The translations under genes were made by a program, and so were the position numbers. 64,000 nt of DNA, from contig JAZNQK010000035.1 in assembly GCA_045590135.1 (NCBI GenBank), positions 21,833 through 85,832 of the forward strand, in the 5' to 3' direction. This DNA is from Faecousia sp. Its GTDB lineage: Bacteria > Bacillota > Clostridia > Oscillospirales > Oscillospiraceae. The number at the start of each line of letters is the position of its first letter. Positions within the stretch are counted from its first letter, which is position 1. Positions 47,180 to 57,635 of the stretch are shown here, in pieces. The notes beneath the pieces are model-generated. The model saw only the letters and a program-made list of their open reading frames with translations, was not told the DNA's origin and searched no databases.

Positions 47180-47290
47180 AGTATCACCTAACATTCATAT
47201 CGTTGACAGAAGATCACATCTATGATAATATTTTATCATGTGATTTGTAAAAAGCAAGTATTCGATTTTATCCTAAAAGGAGTATAGAGA

Positions 47291-48136
47291 ATGAAAATCA
47301 AAGTCCTGTCCGATTCCACATGTGATCTGCCCCAAGAGCTGGTGGAAAAGTACAATATAACCATCGTTCCTCTGACCGTTGTTAAAGATGATCAGTCCTT
47401 TTCCGACGGTGTAGACATTACCCCCGCTGATATCTTTGCCCATGTTGCCGCAGGTGGCAGCTTGTGCTCTACTGCCGCTGTCAGTGTTGGTGATTATGTT
47501 GATTGGTTCAGCAAATTTTCCGGTGAATACGACGGTGTAGTCCATATCAATATCAGTTCTGAATTCTCCTGCAGTCATCAAAACGCAAAGCTTGCTGCTG
47601 CAGAATTTGAAAATGTCATCGCCATTGACTCGCGAAATCTTTCTACCGGTCAAGGCCTTGTTGTTCTGAAAGCCTGTGAACTTGCTGAAACTTGCAATTC
47701 ACTTGACGAACTTGCCGGTGCTTTGACAGAATTCACCGGCCGTGTGGAAGCAAGCTTCCTGCTGGACCGGTTGGAGTATATGGTAAAAGGCGGTCGCTGC
47801 TCCAGCGCCGCTGCATTGGGTGCAAATTTGCTGAATCTGAAGCCCTGTATCGAGGTAAAGGACGGCAAGATGGGTGTTGTAAAAAAGTACCGTGGCAACT
47901 ATGCCAAGTGTCTTGCCGCCTATGTAAAGGACCGTCTGTCGTGTCGGGAGGATCTTGAAAAAGGCACCCTGTTTGTTACCCGGACCCCGGTGTCTGATGA
48001 CTGTCTGCAGGCAGTTGCCGATGCTGTGAAAGAATATGGCAGTGATTTCGAAAACACCTATTGGAATGAGGCCGGTTGTACGGTTTCCTGCCACTGCGGC
48101 CCCGGAACGCTGGGTGTACTGTTTGTAAGAAAATAA
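47291..48136 (+). CDS. DegV family fatty-acid-binding protein
   Basis: DSTCDL, ISSEFS.S, IDSRNLS, KGGR, LNLKP, HCGPG. Confidence 0.93.
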   Translation: MKIKVLSDSTCDLPQELVEKYNITIVPLTVVKDDQSFSDGVDITPADIFAHVAAGGSLCSTAAVSVGDYVDWFSKFSGEYDGVVHINISSEFSCSHQNAKLAAAEFENVIAIDSRNLSTGQGLVVLKACELAETCNSLDELAGALTEFTGRVEASFLLDRLEYMVKGGRCSSAAALGANLLNLKPCIEVKDGKMGVVKKYRGNYAKCLAAYVKDRLSCREDLEKGTLFVTRTPVSDDCLQAVADAVKEYGSDFENTYWNEAGCTVSCHCGPGTLGVLFVRK

Positions 48137-48140
48137 TATA

Positions 48141-48171
48141 AATACCGCTAAGGACTTACCTTGGCGGTATT
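48141..48171 (+). terminator. Terminator after the DegV gene
   Basis: AATACCGCTAAGG/CCTTGGCGGTATT stem. Confidence 0.65.
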
Positions 48172-48233
48172 ATTCTTGAATTTTTCAATGAGTATGCTAT
48201 ACTGATCTTATAAATCATTTTAAGAGGCGAATT

Positions 48234-49460
48234 ATGGATTACAACACCTTATTGGATATGATCGCCGAGCTTGGATACCGATTAGCAATGTGCGGAGCGG
48301 AAACTTTTCGAATTGAAGAAAGTGCCAACCGGATCCTTGCAAGCTATGGTATTTGCTCCGAAGCCTTTGCCATTCCAAACTGCCTGATCGTGAGTATCGA
48401 AACAGCCGACGGCAAACCAATGACACGGATGCGTCGGATCGGTCACCATGGCAATGATATGGACGGTGTGGAAAAATTCAGTGCGCTCAGCCGTAGGATC
48501 TGCGCTGAAAAGCCTGAGCCTGCGGTTGCGATGCAATGGATCAAGGATACTGCACGCACAGTCAGAAAATATTCTCTGCAGCTGATATTATTTGGAAGCA
48601 TTTTAGGTTCTATCGGTTTTTCCATATTCTACGGTGGCGGTATATTCGAGGGTTTGTGTGCAGGTGTTTGCGGTCTGCTTGGTGGAATTATGATCCATTA
48701 TATGGAAAAGCTGAAAGTAAATCATTTTTTCAGTACCATTTCGGCAGCATTAATTATGGCATTTTTTGCCTATAGCTTTGGAGCTGCAGGGTTTTGTACC
48801 AACACCGACGCTGCCATCATTGGCTGTCTTATGCTGCTGGTCCCCGGGCTGGTATTTACCAACGCAATGCGCGACATTATATACGGTGACACCAACTCCG
48901 GCATCAATCGCATTGTGCAGGTCTTTTTGATCGCCATTGCTATTGCGGTAGGAACAGGTGTTGCCTGGGGTATAGCAGGCGCTTTATGGAGCATTCCGGA
49001 GGCATCTGAAATCCCAGCGCATACACTGCTAACAGAGTGCATTTCTTGCTTTATCGGCTGTGCGGGATTTTGCATTTTGTTCAACATTCACGGTCGGGGC
49101 AGTCTTCTCTGTGCGGCAGGTGGTATCATCACCTGGCTGATCTATCGTCTGACGCTGTATCTTGGCGGAACGGAATTGGCAGCTACCTTCTGGGCTACGG
49201 CTGCCGCTTCGCTTTATGCTGAGATCACTGCGCGGCTCCGAAAATATCCTGCTATTTCCTATTTGGTAGTATCTGTCTTTCCTCTCTTACCCGGCGCAGG
49301 TGTCTATTATACGATGCGCTACGCAGTGAGAGGTGAAATGGATCTGTTTGCACAGCAAGGCACCCAAACCATTGCCATTGCAGGTGTAATGGCTGCCGGT
49401 ATTCTCCTATCATCCACAGCAGTAAAGCTGATCACCGCGCGATTAAACAAAGCAAAATAG
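48234..49460 (+). CDS. ThrE-family threonine/serine exporter (two domains fused)
   Basis: GAETFRIEE, LVPGLVFTNAMRD, PLLPGAGVY; about 10 TM segments. Confidence 0.88.
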   Translation: MDYNTLLDMIAELGYRLAMCGAETFRIEESANRILASYGICSEAFAIPNCLIVSIETADGKPMTRMRRIGHHGNDMDGVEKFSALSRRICAEKPEPAVAMQWIKDTARTVRKYSLQLILFGSILGSIGFSIFYGGGIFEGLCAGVCGLLGGIMIHYMEKLKVNHFFSTISAALIMAFFAYSFGAAGFCTNTDAAIIGCLMLLVPGLVFTNAMRDIIYGDTNSGINRIVQVFLIAIAIAVGTGVAWGIAGALWSIPEASEIPAHTLLTECISCFIGCAGFCILFNIHGRGSLLCAAGGIITWLIYRLTLYLGGTELAATFWATAAASLYAEITARLRKYPAISYLVVSVFPLLPGAGVYYTMRYAVRGEMDLFAQQGTQTIAIAGVMAAGILLSSTAVKLITARLNKAK

Positions 49461-49497
49461 AAAAATCCCTGAGCTTATCAGCTCAGGGATTTATTTT
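49461..49497. terminator. Bidirectional terminator
   Basis: AAATCCCTGAGCT-TATC-AGCTCAGGGATTT. Confidence 0.8.
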
Positions 49498-49882
49498 ACT
49501 TATCGGCGTTCTTTTTTGCCTTCTTTTCAGCCTTTGCTTTAGCCTTAGCTTCAGCAGCTTTCTTGGCCTCTTCCTTAGCAGCTGCTGCAGCAGTGTCGTT
49601 GGTAGACAGCGCCCACTTAGCAAGCTCCATACGGACCTGATCAGCGCTGGTCTCAATAACGATCTTGTCTTCCTTGACATTGACGACCTTGCCAACAATG
49701 CCGCCGATGGTGGTGATCTCATCGCCCACCTTCACGGAAGAACGCATATTTTCAGCTTCCTTCTTACGCTTATTCTCGGGACGGATCAGCATAAAGTAGA
49801 AAACCGCTACCATTACTACCAGCATAAGGACGGTAGAACCCATTCCGCCTGCTGCGCCGGTATCTGTTAAAATGTTCAACAT
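49496..49882 (-). CDS. yajC: Preprotein translocase subunit YajC
   Basis: FYFMLIRPENKRKK, GDEITTIGGIVG; follows tgt. Confidence 0.93.
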   Translation of the reverse strand: MLNILTDTGAAGGMGSTVLMLVVMVAVFYFMLIRPENKRKKEAENMRSSVKVGDEITTIGGIVGKVVNVKEDKIVIETSADQVRMELAKWALSTNDTAAAAAKEEAKKAAEAKAKAKAEKKAKKNADK

Positions 49883-49949
49883 AATATCGCTCCTTAGTAA
49901 GTTTATTCCAAAATATTATACCATTGATTGGATAAATTGCAAGTATGTT

Positions 49950-51080
49950 TTAGATCCTTCTGGATAATTTTTCAGAATATTCACATCTGAACTGGGCAAA
50001 TGTTCCGCTGTCCAGCGCATTGCGGATGCGCTCCATCAGCTTGTTGTAGAAATACAAATTATGCATAACCGCAAGGCGCATGGCAAGCATTTCTTCCGCC
50101 ACAAACAAATGACGAATATATGCCCTGGAATAACGGCGGCAAACAGGACAATCACACTCCGGATCAATGGGCTGAAGATCTGTTGCATACTTGGCATTTT
50201 TCAAATTGATGGCACCATTCCAGGTGAAGAGTCTTGCGTGACGAGCATTTCTGGCCGGCATGACACAATCGAAGAAATCAACGCCACGGGCAACTGCCTC
50301 AATAATATTTGTCGGCGTTCCCACGCCCATCAAATATCGGGTCTTATCTTTGGGCATATGCGGCTCCACCGCTTCAATAATGTCGTACATCTCCTGCGCG
50401 GTCTCACCTACCGCCAGACCGCCAATGGCGTATCCGGGCAGGTCAAGGTCAGCAATGCGCTTCATATGGTCCACGCGGATATCCGCATAGGTGCCGCCCT
50501 GGTTAATACCCCACAGCATTTGCTGGGGGTTCACCGTATCCGGGAGCGCATTTAAGCGCGCATTTTCCGCCTTACAGCGCTGAAGCCAACGATAAGTGCG
50601 GTCAACACTTTGCTTTACATATTCCCGGGGTGCAGGATTCTCAATACACTCATCAAAGGCCATACAAATATCAGAGCCTAAATTAGACTGGATCTGCATA
50701 CTTTCTTCCGGCCCCATAAAGATCTTATGTCCGTCAATATGGGAAGCAAAGGTCACGCCTTCTTCCTTGATCTTGCGCAACGATGCCAGAGAAAATACCT
50801 GAAACCCGCCGGAATCGGTAAGGATCGGTCCGTCCCAGGTCATAAACTTATGCAGTCCACCGCACTCCTTCACCAGCTTGTCGCCGGGACGCAGATGTAA
50901 ATGATAGGTATTGGAAAGCTCCACCTGACAGCCGATATCCTTCAGATCCTTGGCGCTCAAAGCACCTTTGATGGCGCCCTGTGTACCAACATTCATAAAC
51001 ACAGGTGTCTGCACCGTACCGTGTACACAAGTAAATACACCCCGCCGGGCCTTCCCTTCCGTTTTCAAAAGTTCAAACAT
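49950..51080 (-). CDS. tgt: tRNA-guanine transglycosylase
   Basis: TPVFMNVGT, NTYHLHLRPG, TDSGGFQV, GGLAVGE, CDCPVC. Confidence 0.97.
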   Translation of the reverse strand: MFELLKTEGKARRGVFTCVHGTVQTPVFMNVGTQGAIKGALSAKDLKDIGCQVELSNTYHLHLRPGDKLVKECGGLHKFMTWDGPILTDSGGFQVFSLASLRKIKEEGVTFASHIDGHKIFMGPEESMQIQSNLGSDICMAFDECIENPAPREYVKQSVDRTYRWLQRCKAENARLNALPDTVNPQQMLWGINQGGTYADIRVDHMKRIADLDLPGYAIGGLAVGETAQEMYDIIEAVEPHMPKDKTRYLMGVGTPTNIIEAVARGVDFFDCVMPARNARHARLFTWNGAINLKNAKYATDLQPIDPECDCPVCRRYSRAYIRHLFVAEEMLAMRLAVMHNLYFYNKLMERIRNALDSGTFAQFRCEYSEKLSRRI

Positions 51081-51083
51081 AAA

Positions 51084-51644
51084 TCAAAGCTCCTTACGAG
51101 GATTATATAATACATACATTTTTCCTGATTCGTCAATTCCACGGGCAGTAGATGTTATTACATTTTTCAAAAACTGAAAGCCGCACTTTTCCACAACCCG
51201 TTTAGAACGGTCATTGTAGTCAAAATGTCCACAAGTTAAATAATCATAATCCAGTACTGCAAAGCAGTACTCTATCACCGCTTTCACAGCCTCTGTCATA
51301 AGACCGTTACCCCAATAACTTTTACTGAGTACATAGCCGATCTCGCGTCCCATAAGGTCATTTTCCAAACCTGCATCATCATCCCTCGGTTCAATACCAA
51401 GAGAACCTATTACCTTATTATTTTGACGCAGTTGAATCGCAAAGGTCTTTTTATTGTTCATAAAAGCCTGCAGGATCACCTTTGATTCCTCAATAGAACC
51501 GTGATGATTCCAACCTGCACATTCTCCGACCCCCGGAACGCAGGCATACTCATAAAGATCCTGCAGGTCCGATTCTCTCCACTGACGAAGCAGTAATCTT
51601 TCTGTTTCGATTTCCACACCGGTAACATCAATAGGCGCATTCAT
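51084..51644 (-). CDS. GNAT acetyltransferase, RimJ/RimL family
   Basis: IETERLLLR, EIGYVLSKSYWGNGLMTEAV, NDRSKRVVEKCGF. Confidence 0.88.
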   Translation of the reverse strand: MNAPIDVTGVEIETERLLLRQWRESDLQDLYEYACVPGVGECAGWNHHGSIEESKVILQAFMNNKKTFAIQLRQNNKVIGSLGIEPRDDDAGLENDLMGREIGYVLSKSYWGNGLMTEAVKAVIEYCFAVLDYDYLTCGHFDYNDRSKRVVEKCGFQFLKNVITSTARGIDESGKMYVLYNPRKEL

Positions 51645-51653
51645 ACTAAAGCC

Positions 51654-52676
51654 TCAAATAATACACATCGCATCGCCGAAGCTGAAAAATCTGTATTTTT
51701 CCCTAACCGCCTCCGCATACGCGTTTAGAACATTTTCTTTTCCTGCAAATGCTGATACCAGCATAACCAGCGTGCTTTCCGGCAAATGGAAGTTTGTGAT
51801 CAAGCCATCCATTGCCTTGAAGGTATAGCCGGGATAAATGAAGATATCTGTCCATTTGCTTTTTGCAGTGAAAGTGCCATCCGGCTCAACAAGAGATTCC
51901 AATGTGCGGCAGGAAGTGGTTCCAACACAGATCACACGACCGCCACGCTTCTTTGTATCGTTTAGCAACCGGGCAGTTTCCTGTGAGATCATACAAAGCT
52001 CGCTGTGCATATGATGCTGGGAAATATCCTCTGCCTTAACCGGACGAAATGTACCCAAACCAACATGAAGCGTGACGAACGCCAGATCGATCCCCTTTTT
52101 CTTCACTGCATCCAAAAGCGCATTTGTAAAATGCAGTCCCGCAGTAGGGGCTGCAGCAGAGCCGACTTCCTTGGAATAAACCGTCTGATAGCGTTCCTGA
52201 TCCTGAAGCTCTGCCTTAATATATGGCGGCAGCGGCATTTTACCCAAGCGCTCCAGCACCTCTAAAAAGATGCCCTTATAATGGAATTTTACAATACGGT
52301 TTCCATCCTCACAGATATCGCAAATGGTCGCCTTCAGTTCGCCGTTGCCAAAGATAACCTCCTGACCGGGCTGCAGCTTTCTGCCGGGTTTTGCAAGGCA
52401 TTCCCATTGATCATCTCCTAAATCCCGTAAAAGCAGCAGCTCTGCCGCGCCGCCTGTAGGACGCTTTCCCAAAAGTCTTGCAGGCAGAACCCTGGAATCA
52501 TTCATTACCAGAATATCCCCAGGCTGCAGATACTCCAAAATATCATAGAAATGACGGTGTGTAACGCTGCCGTCTTCCTTATTCAGCACCAAAAGCCGGG
52601 AGCTGTCACGCTGCTGCAAGGGTGTCTGTGCGATCAATTCCTCCGGCAGATCATACCAAAAATCGTGGGTCTTCAC
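51654..52676 (-). CDS. queA: SAM:tRNA ribosyltransferase-isomerase
   Basis: [44 protein letters not shown]. Confidence 0.97.
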   Translation of the reverse strand: MKTHDFWYDLPEELIAQTPLQQRDSSRLLVLNKEDGSVTHRHFYDILEYLQPGDILVMNDSRVLPARLLGKRPTGGAAELLLLRDLGDDQWECLAKPGRKLQPGQEVIFGNGELKATICDICEDGNRIVKFHYKGIFLEVLERLGKMPLPPYIKAELQDQERYQTVYSKEVGSAAAPTAGLHFTNALLDAVKKKGIDLAFVTLHVGLGTFRPVKAEDISQHHMHSELCMISQETARLLNDTKKRGGRVICVGTTSCRTLESLVEPDGTFTAKSKWTDIFIYPGYTFKAMDGLITNFHLPESTLVMLVSAFAGKENVLNAYAEAVREKYRFFSFGDAMCII

Positions 52677-52784
52677 TGTAATCCTCCAAGCAGATCATTT
52701 TTTGTTAGTATAGTGCATTCGGCGCGATTTTGCAACACGCAAAATGCCGGCACGCTGCATAGACTGGTTTGGAGGTATCGGATT

Positions 52785-53651
52785 ATGAAAAAAGCACTTT
52801 TTAATGGAGCAGCTACCGCACTGGTCACTCCTTTTTTTGAAAACAAGATCAACTATCCAATGCTGCGCATTCTTATCCAACGACAAATTGATGCCGGGAT
52901 AACCAACATTGTTTTAGCCGGTACTACCGGCGAAGCACCCACCCTTACAGATGAAGAGAAAATAGAGTTATTTCAAAAAGGAAAAGAATTCGCAGGCAAA
53001 AAATGCAATATTATTGCCGGAACAGGTTCTAATTCCACACAACACGCGGTAGATCTTAGTATCCGGGCAGAAAAAATCGGCGCTGATGCACTGCTGGTGG
53101 TATCCCCCTATTATAACAAGGCGACTCCAGACGGTCTTATTGCCCACTACTTAGCCATCGCAGGAAGTGTCAGCATCCCTGTTATCATTTATAATGTTCC
53201 ATCCAGAACCGGTGTAGACATTCCGGTATGGGTTTATCAGGAGCTTTCAACGATTCCAAACATAGCAGGCATAAAGGAAGCAAGCACAGATATCACCAAA
53301 ATCAACAAGATCCGTACCGTTTGCCCGGATCTTCCTATATGGAGCGGCAACGATGAAATGACCGTTCCTGTGATCTCTCTCGGTGGAAAAGGGATCATTT
53401 CCGTGCTTTCCAATGTGTATCCTGAGCTTACAGCTGCTATGGCTAATGCAGCACTTGCAGGCGATTTTGATACAGCTGCATCGCTGCAATGTTCCCTGCA
53501 ACCAATGATTGAATCGCTGTTTTGCGAAGTAAATCCCATTCCTGTAAAAGCGGCTATGTCACTCATTGGCTTTGACTGTGGCAGTTGCCGTCTTCCCTTA
53601 ACGCCTATGTCGCAGGAGCATCAAAAGCAACTTAAAAATGCACTTATATAG
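52785..53651 (+). CDS. dapA: 4-hydroxy-tetrahydrodipicolinate synthase
   Basis: ALVTPF, GTTGE, PYYNK, YNVPSRTG, IKEAS, NPIPVK; GGAGG RBS. Confidence 0.95.
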   Translation: MKKALFNGAATALVTPFFENKINYPMLRILIQRQIDAGITNIVLAGTTGEAPTLTDEEKIELFQKGKEFAGKKCNIIAGTGSNSTQHAVDLSIRAEKIGADALLVVSPYYNKATPDGLIAHYLAIAGSVSIPVIIYNVPSRTGVDIPVWVYQELSTIPNIAGIKEASTDITKINKIRTVCPDLPIWSGNDEMTVPVISLGGKGIISVLSNVYPELTAAMANAALAGDFDTAASLQCSLQPMIESLFCEVNPIPVKAAMSLIGFDCGSCRLPLTPMSQEHQKQLKNALI

Positions 53652-53652
53652 C

Positions 53653-53681
53653 AAAAATGCGCACGAAAGTGCGCATTTTTT
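53653..53681. terminator. Bidirectional terminator
   Basis: AAAAATGCGCAC-GAAA-GTGCGCATTTTT. Confidence 0.85.
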
Positions 53682-54489
53682 ACGGTAAAAAGCCCTCAAA
53701 TATGGGGATCCAATCCTTGGCAATTGCTGTATCAAACTGCTCTTTATCTTTGATCGTCCAGGTCACACCCTGTACAGACCAAAGCTTTCTTGCCACAAAG
53801 TTACTGAAATGCTTGCGGTCAGAATAACGATACGCTACAAAGTCCGGCAGCGTTGCAAAATTTAACATCTGCCAGGAAAGCAGCCACTTCAGATGCCAAG
53901 GCAAATTACTCTTGGGGGATTTAAAATAGTTTTCAGATAACTGCCCCCGAATCAGCTCCGGTCGGTTTTTCCGCAGCCAACGAATGCATCTTGGATCAAA
54001 GGATTCCAAGCAATATGCACCCTTGTAGCTATCCAGTATCTTACAGGCAGCCTCACAAAGCTGCACATAGTTGTTATTAAACACCTTTAATTCCACGATC
54101 AAGGGTGCTTCTCCGTTAAACAGTTCCAGCACCTGTGAAAACTGCGGGATCGTCTCAAGGGTATTCTCTAGGTAGTAATCATTTAGCTGCTGTGTGGTCA
54201 GATCCTCCACGAATACATCCGCGCCTGCTGTGCGCTTTAAGGACGAATCGTGAATGACTGCCAAATTTCCGTCTGCCAGCAGATGAATATCCAGCTCAAT
54301 ACCAAAGCCTGCATCCTTTGCCCGGCGGAATGCACGCATACTGTTTTCGGGAATACCGCTCCCGTGGAGGCCTCTGTGGGCATAGGCCCAGCCGCGCAAT
54401 GCAGCTAAGCCTTTATGACCCTTGCGGCACATGGTGCTCAGTAGGTATAAACCCACGAGCAGTACTAAAATCAAAATTACAACTATCAT
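53680..54489 (-). CDS. Glycerophosphodiester phosphodiesterase family protein with N-terminal anchor
   Basis: AHRGL, PENS, IELDI, VIHD, VELK, ESFDP. Confidence 0.9.
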   Translation of the reverse strand: MIVVILILVLLVGLYLLSTMCRKGHKGLAALRGWAYAHRGLHGSGIPENSMRAFRRAKDAGFGIELDIHLLADGNLAVIHDSSLKRTAGADVFVEDLTTQQLNDYYLENTLETIPQFSQVLELFNGEAPLIVELKVFNNNYVQLCEAACKILDSYKGAYCLESFDPRCIRWLRKNRPELIRGQLSENYFKSPKSNLPWHLKWLLSWQMLNFATLPDFVAYRYSDRKHFSNFVARKLWSVQGVTWTIKDKEQFDTAIAKDWIPIFEGFLP

Positions 54490-54492
54490 AGA

Positions 54493-56058
54493 TCAATCAT
54501 CAATATCCAGTGCTTCTAAGCCTTTTTTGCTTTCGGGCTTTGCATCACCGTGCTTAACAACAAGCATTGTAATAAATGCCAGACCTGCAAAGACAGCCGC
54601 GTACGGGAACAAAACCGTCATACCCATTTCATCCATCAGCATACCGGACAACATCGGTGTCACGATCTGGGCGGACATAGATGCAGTGTAATAGAATCCG
54701 GTGTACTTACCGATATCGCCGCCGGAGCATAACTCGACCACCATGGGGAAGGAGTTGACATTAATGGTTGCCCAACCGATACCGGCAAGCGCAAACAGAA
54801 CATTCATCAACAGCACCGGACTGCCGGCACGCATAAAGGACGCTGCAGCAAACGCGCCGGTCAGCATCACGACACCAGCCATAATGGTCTTCTTTCTACC
54901 GATCCTGGACGCCACCATACCGGCAGGCAAATATGCTACGATGGCTGCAGCCTGGGCGATCAAAAGCGTGGTGTTATAATCCATATTCAGAATATTACCG
55001 GCATACACAGCGTACTTGGAAGTCACTGCGTTATAGCCAAAATACCACAAAGCGATTGACGCCAAAATGAAGATCAAGCTGCGCAGCTCAGCCTTACCGA
55101 GCTTACGCTTTTCGCCGGCATCTGTTTCTTCCTCTTCTTCAATGCCGTACTTAACGCTATCCTCGCGCATCTGCTTGGACCAAGTGGTTTCGCGCACAGT
55201 TGCTAAGAATACGATCAACGCAGTGATCATAATACCTGCGATCACGCCATAATAGACATTGTAGTTCATCAGCTGATTGCGCACTGCAGAGGTAGCAAAC
55301 ACCATACCCAGTACCAAAACAAGAATGCCGCCGGCTGTTCCCATCAGATTGATGATGGCATTCGCCTTACTACGCAGAGGCTTGATCGTAACATCCGGCA
55401 TCAGCGCAACAGCAGGACTGCGGAATGTTGCCATTGCCACAAGCACGACCAATAGCATCACAACAAATATGATCAGCGGTGTAGGATTTGCAGCAGTCTG
55501 CGCTGCAGCATATGCCTGACGGGCAGGCACTACATAGTTAGTGTATGCAGAAACAGTCTTCTCATTGCCGTTTGCATCCACAACGATCGTACTCTCATCT
55601 GAACGGATAGCTGTAAACTCTTCCTGTGAATAGATCTCACGCAGCACAAAGGCGTCACCTTCCGGTGTCTGTAGTGTTGCATCTGCCTGGGATTCATAGA
55701 TGACCTGTAAGGAAGCAGGATCATCGATCTTGGATACAGCAGAAATGTTCTTCAGCTGTGCGTTATCCACAAAAGAAAGTGCCAAAATAGCTGCAGCTGC
55801 AATAACCGTACCCACAACGATGAACGGTGTACGCTTACCGTGTTTAGATGTGCATTTATCAGAAATCGCGCCAAAAAGCGGGAGCATAAACACGGCCAAT
55901 ATGTTATCCAGCGCCATGATCACGCCGGACCAGCCCTGGCTCATACCAAACTTATTGGTAAGGATCACGGGGATGGTTGCATCATAAGCCTGCCAGAATG
56001 CACTGATCAGGAAAAAGGCAAAGCCTACCAAAATCGTACGCTTGTAATTGAGCTTCAT
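54493..56058 (-). CDS. MFS transporter (GPH/SLC45-like) with a large hydrophilic insertion
   Basis: GAISDKCTSKHGKRTPF, RSPAVALMPD, SRIGRKK; about 12 TM segments. Confidence 0.87.
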   Translation of the reverse strand: MKLNYKRTILVGFAFFLISAFWQAYDATIPVILTNKFGMSQGWSGVIMALDNILAVFMLPLFGAISDKCTSKHGKRTPFIVVGTVIAAAAILALSFVDNAQLKNISAVSKIDDPASLQVIYESQADATLQTPEGDAFVLREIYSQEEFTAIRSDESTIVVDANGNEKTVSAYTNYVVPARQAYAAAQTAANPTPLIIFVVMLLVVLVAMATFRSPAVALMPDVTIKPLRSKANAIINLMGTAGGILVLVLGMVFATSAVRNQLMNYNVYYGVIAGIMITALIVFLATVRETTWSKQMREDSVKYGIEEEEETDAGEKRKLGKAELRSLIFILASIALWYFGYNAVTSKYAVYAGNILNMDYNTTLLIAQAAAIVAYLPAGMVASRIGRKKTIMAGVVMLTGAFAAASFMRAGSPVLLMNVLFALAGIGWATINVNSFPMVVELCSGGDIGKYTGFYYTASMSAQIVTPMLSGMLMDEMGMTVLFPYAAVFAGLAFITMLVVKHGDAKPESKKGLEALDIDD

Positions 56059-56104
56059 ATATAAACCTCCGTCCAATATATTTTTATTAGGATATTAGGT
56101 AATA

Positions 56105-57328
56105 TCACCCCAGAATTGCCTTATGGAATACCTTTTTGCCCTTGCGGATCTTCACGCCCTCTTTGAGCATATCCTCAGTAACAGCAAACTGCGGTGTGGG
56201 AACTTTTTCGTCATTTACAAACACACCGCCCTGCTCCACCAGCTGGCGAGCCTGCTTATTGCTGGGTGCAAGACCGCAGGTGACCATCAGCGTCAGAATG
56301 CCGATCTTTCCATCTACAAGCTTTTCTGCAGTTATCTCGGTAGTGGGCATGGAAGCATCATCACCGCCGCCTGCAAAAAGTGCCTTGGCAGAGGCTTGCG
56401 CCTTTTCAGCTTCTTCCTCGCCGTGCACCAACTTGGTAAGCTCATAAGCAAGAATTTCCTTTGCAGTATTAAGGTGCGCATCCTTCCAATCAGACATAGC
56501 CTCGATCTGCTCCATAGGCAGGAATGTCAGCATACGGATACACTTAAGCACATCTGCATCTTCCACATTGCGCCAGTACTGGTAGAAATCAAAAGGAGAA
56601 GTCTTATTGGGATCCAGCCAAACAGCACCGGAAGCAGTCTTGCCCATCTTCTTGCCTTCGGAATTCAGCAGCAGTGTAATGGTCATTGCATGGGCGTCCT
56701 TGGAGAGCTTTCTGCGGATCAGCTCCGTGCCGCCTAACATATTGCTCCACTGATCGTTACCGCCAAACTGCATATTACAGCCGTAGTGCTGATACAGATA
56801 GTAGAAGTCATAGGACTGCATGATCATATAGTTGAATTCCAGGAAGGAAAGGCCCTTCTCCATACGCTGCTTATAGCACTCTGCCCGGAGCATATTATTC
56901 ACAGAGAAGCAAGCGCCCACCTCACGAAGAACATCCACATAATTCAGGTCCAGCAACCAGTCAGCGTTGTTGACCATCTGTGCCTTACCTTCACCGAACT
57001 CAATAATACGCTCCATCTGCTTTTTGAAGCAGTCGCAGTTATGCTGAATGGTCTCCCTGGTCATCATACTGCGCATATCTGTTCTGCCGGAAGGATCACC
57101 GATCATAGCCGTACCGCCGCCGATCAGAGCGATAGGTTTGTTGCCTGCCATCTGCAGCCGCTTCATCAGGCACAGCGCCATAAAGTGGCCAACATGCAAG
57201 GAATCGGCAGTGGGATCAAATCCAATATAAAAAGTTGCCTTGCCGTTATCGATCATCTCGCGGATCTCATCTTCATTTGTCACCTGGGCGATCAAGCCTC
57301 TGGCAACCAGTTCATCATAAAGTTTCAT
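56105..57328 (-). CDS. tyrS: Tyrosyl-tRNA synthetase
   Basis: GFDPTADSLHVGH, QSYDF, GGNDQW, KMGKT, C-terminal S4 domain. Confidence 0.97.
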   Translation of the reverse strand: MKLYDELVARGLIAQVTNEDEIREMIDNGKATFYIGFDPTADSLHVGHFMALCLMKRLQMAGNKPIALIGGGTAMIGDPSGRTDMRSMMTRETIQHNCDCFKKQMERIIEFGEGKAQMVNNADWLLDLNYVDVLREVGACFSVNNMLRAECYKQRMEKGLSFLEFNYMIMQSYDFYYLYQHYGCNMQFGGNDQWSNMLGGTELIRRKLSKDAHAMTITLLLNSEGKKMGKTASGAVWLDPNKTSPFDFYQYWRNVEDADVLKCIRMLTFLPMEQIEAMSDWKDAHLNTAKEILAYELTKLVHGEEEAEKAQASAKALFAGGGDDASMPTTEITAEKLVDGKIGILTLMVTCGLAPSNKQARQLVEQGGVFVNDEKVPTPQFAVTEDMLKEGVKIRKGKKVFHKAILG

Positions 57329-57340
57329 TTTCTATCCTCC

Positions 57341-57590
57341 AAAAATAAAGCCCTCTGTCCAAACGGACAGAGGGCGTAAATTACGCGGTACCACCTCTGG
57401 TTTCACAACACTTCACAGCATTGTGCTTACGATGTCTGAGACATCCGCTGTATCGGGCGTACCCGTCCTGCCCTACTGACTGTTCAGGCAAGCCGCTCCG
57501 GGAGGTATTTGGGTGCAGCTTCCGCTGCCTTGCACCGACCGGCAGCTCTCTGAAGAAAGGAATGCACTTACTCGTTCCCATCAACGCGTT
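57341..57590 (-). ncRNA. T-box riboswitch, Tyr specifier
   Basis: AGAGA and GGTGCAA stem-I motifs; specifier TAC (57507-57505); AGGTGGTACCGCG; terminator GCCCTCTGTCC/GGACAGAGGGC plus T-tract. Confidence 0.92.
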
Positions 57591-57596
57591 GAAAAT

Positions 57597-57625
57597 ATCC
57601 TAACAAAATATTTTAATTTTGTCAA
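57597..57625 (-). promoter_or_regulatory. Sigma-A promoter of the tyrS leader
   Basis: TTGACA-N17-TAGGAT with extended TG. Confidence 0.7.
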
Positions 57626-57635
57626 CGAAAACCTG

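Noticed and set aside
52730-52770. SigK-like promoter (CATAGACT) upstream of dapA
   Set aside because: Plausible for DPA synthesis, but the -35 match and spacing are too weak to call.
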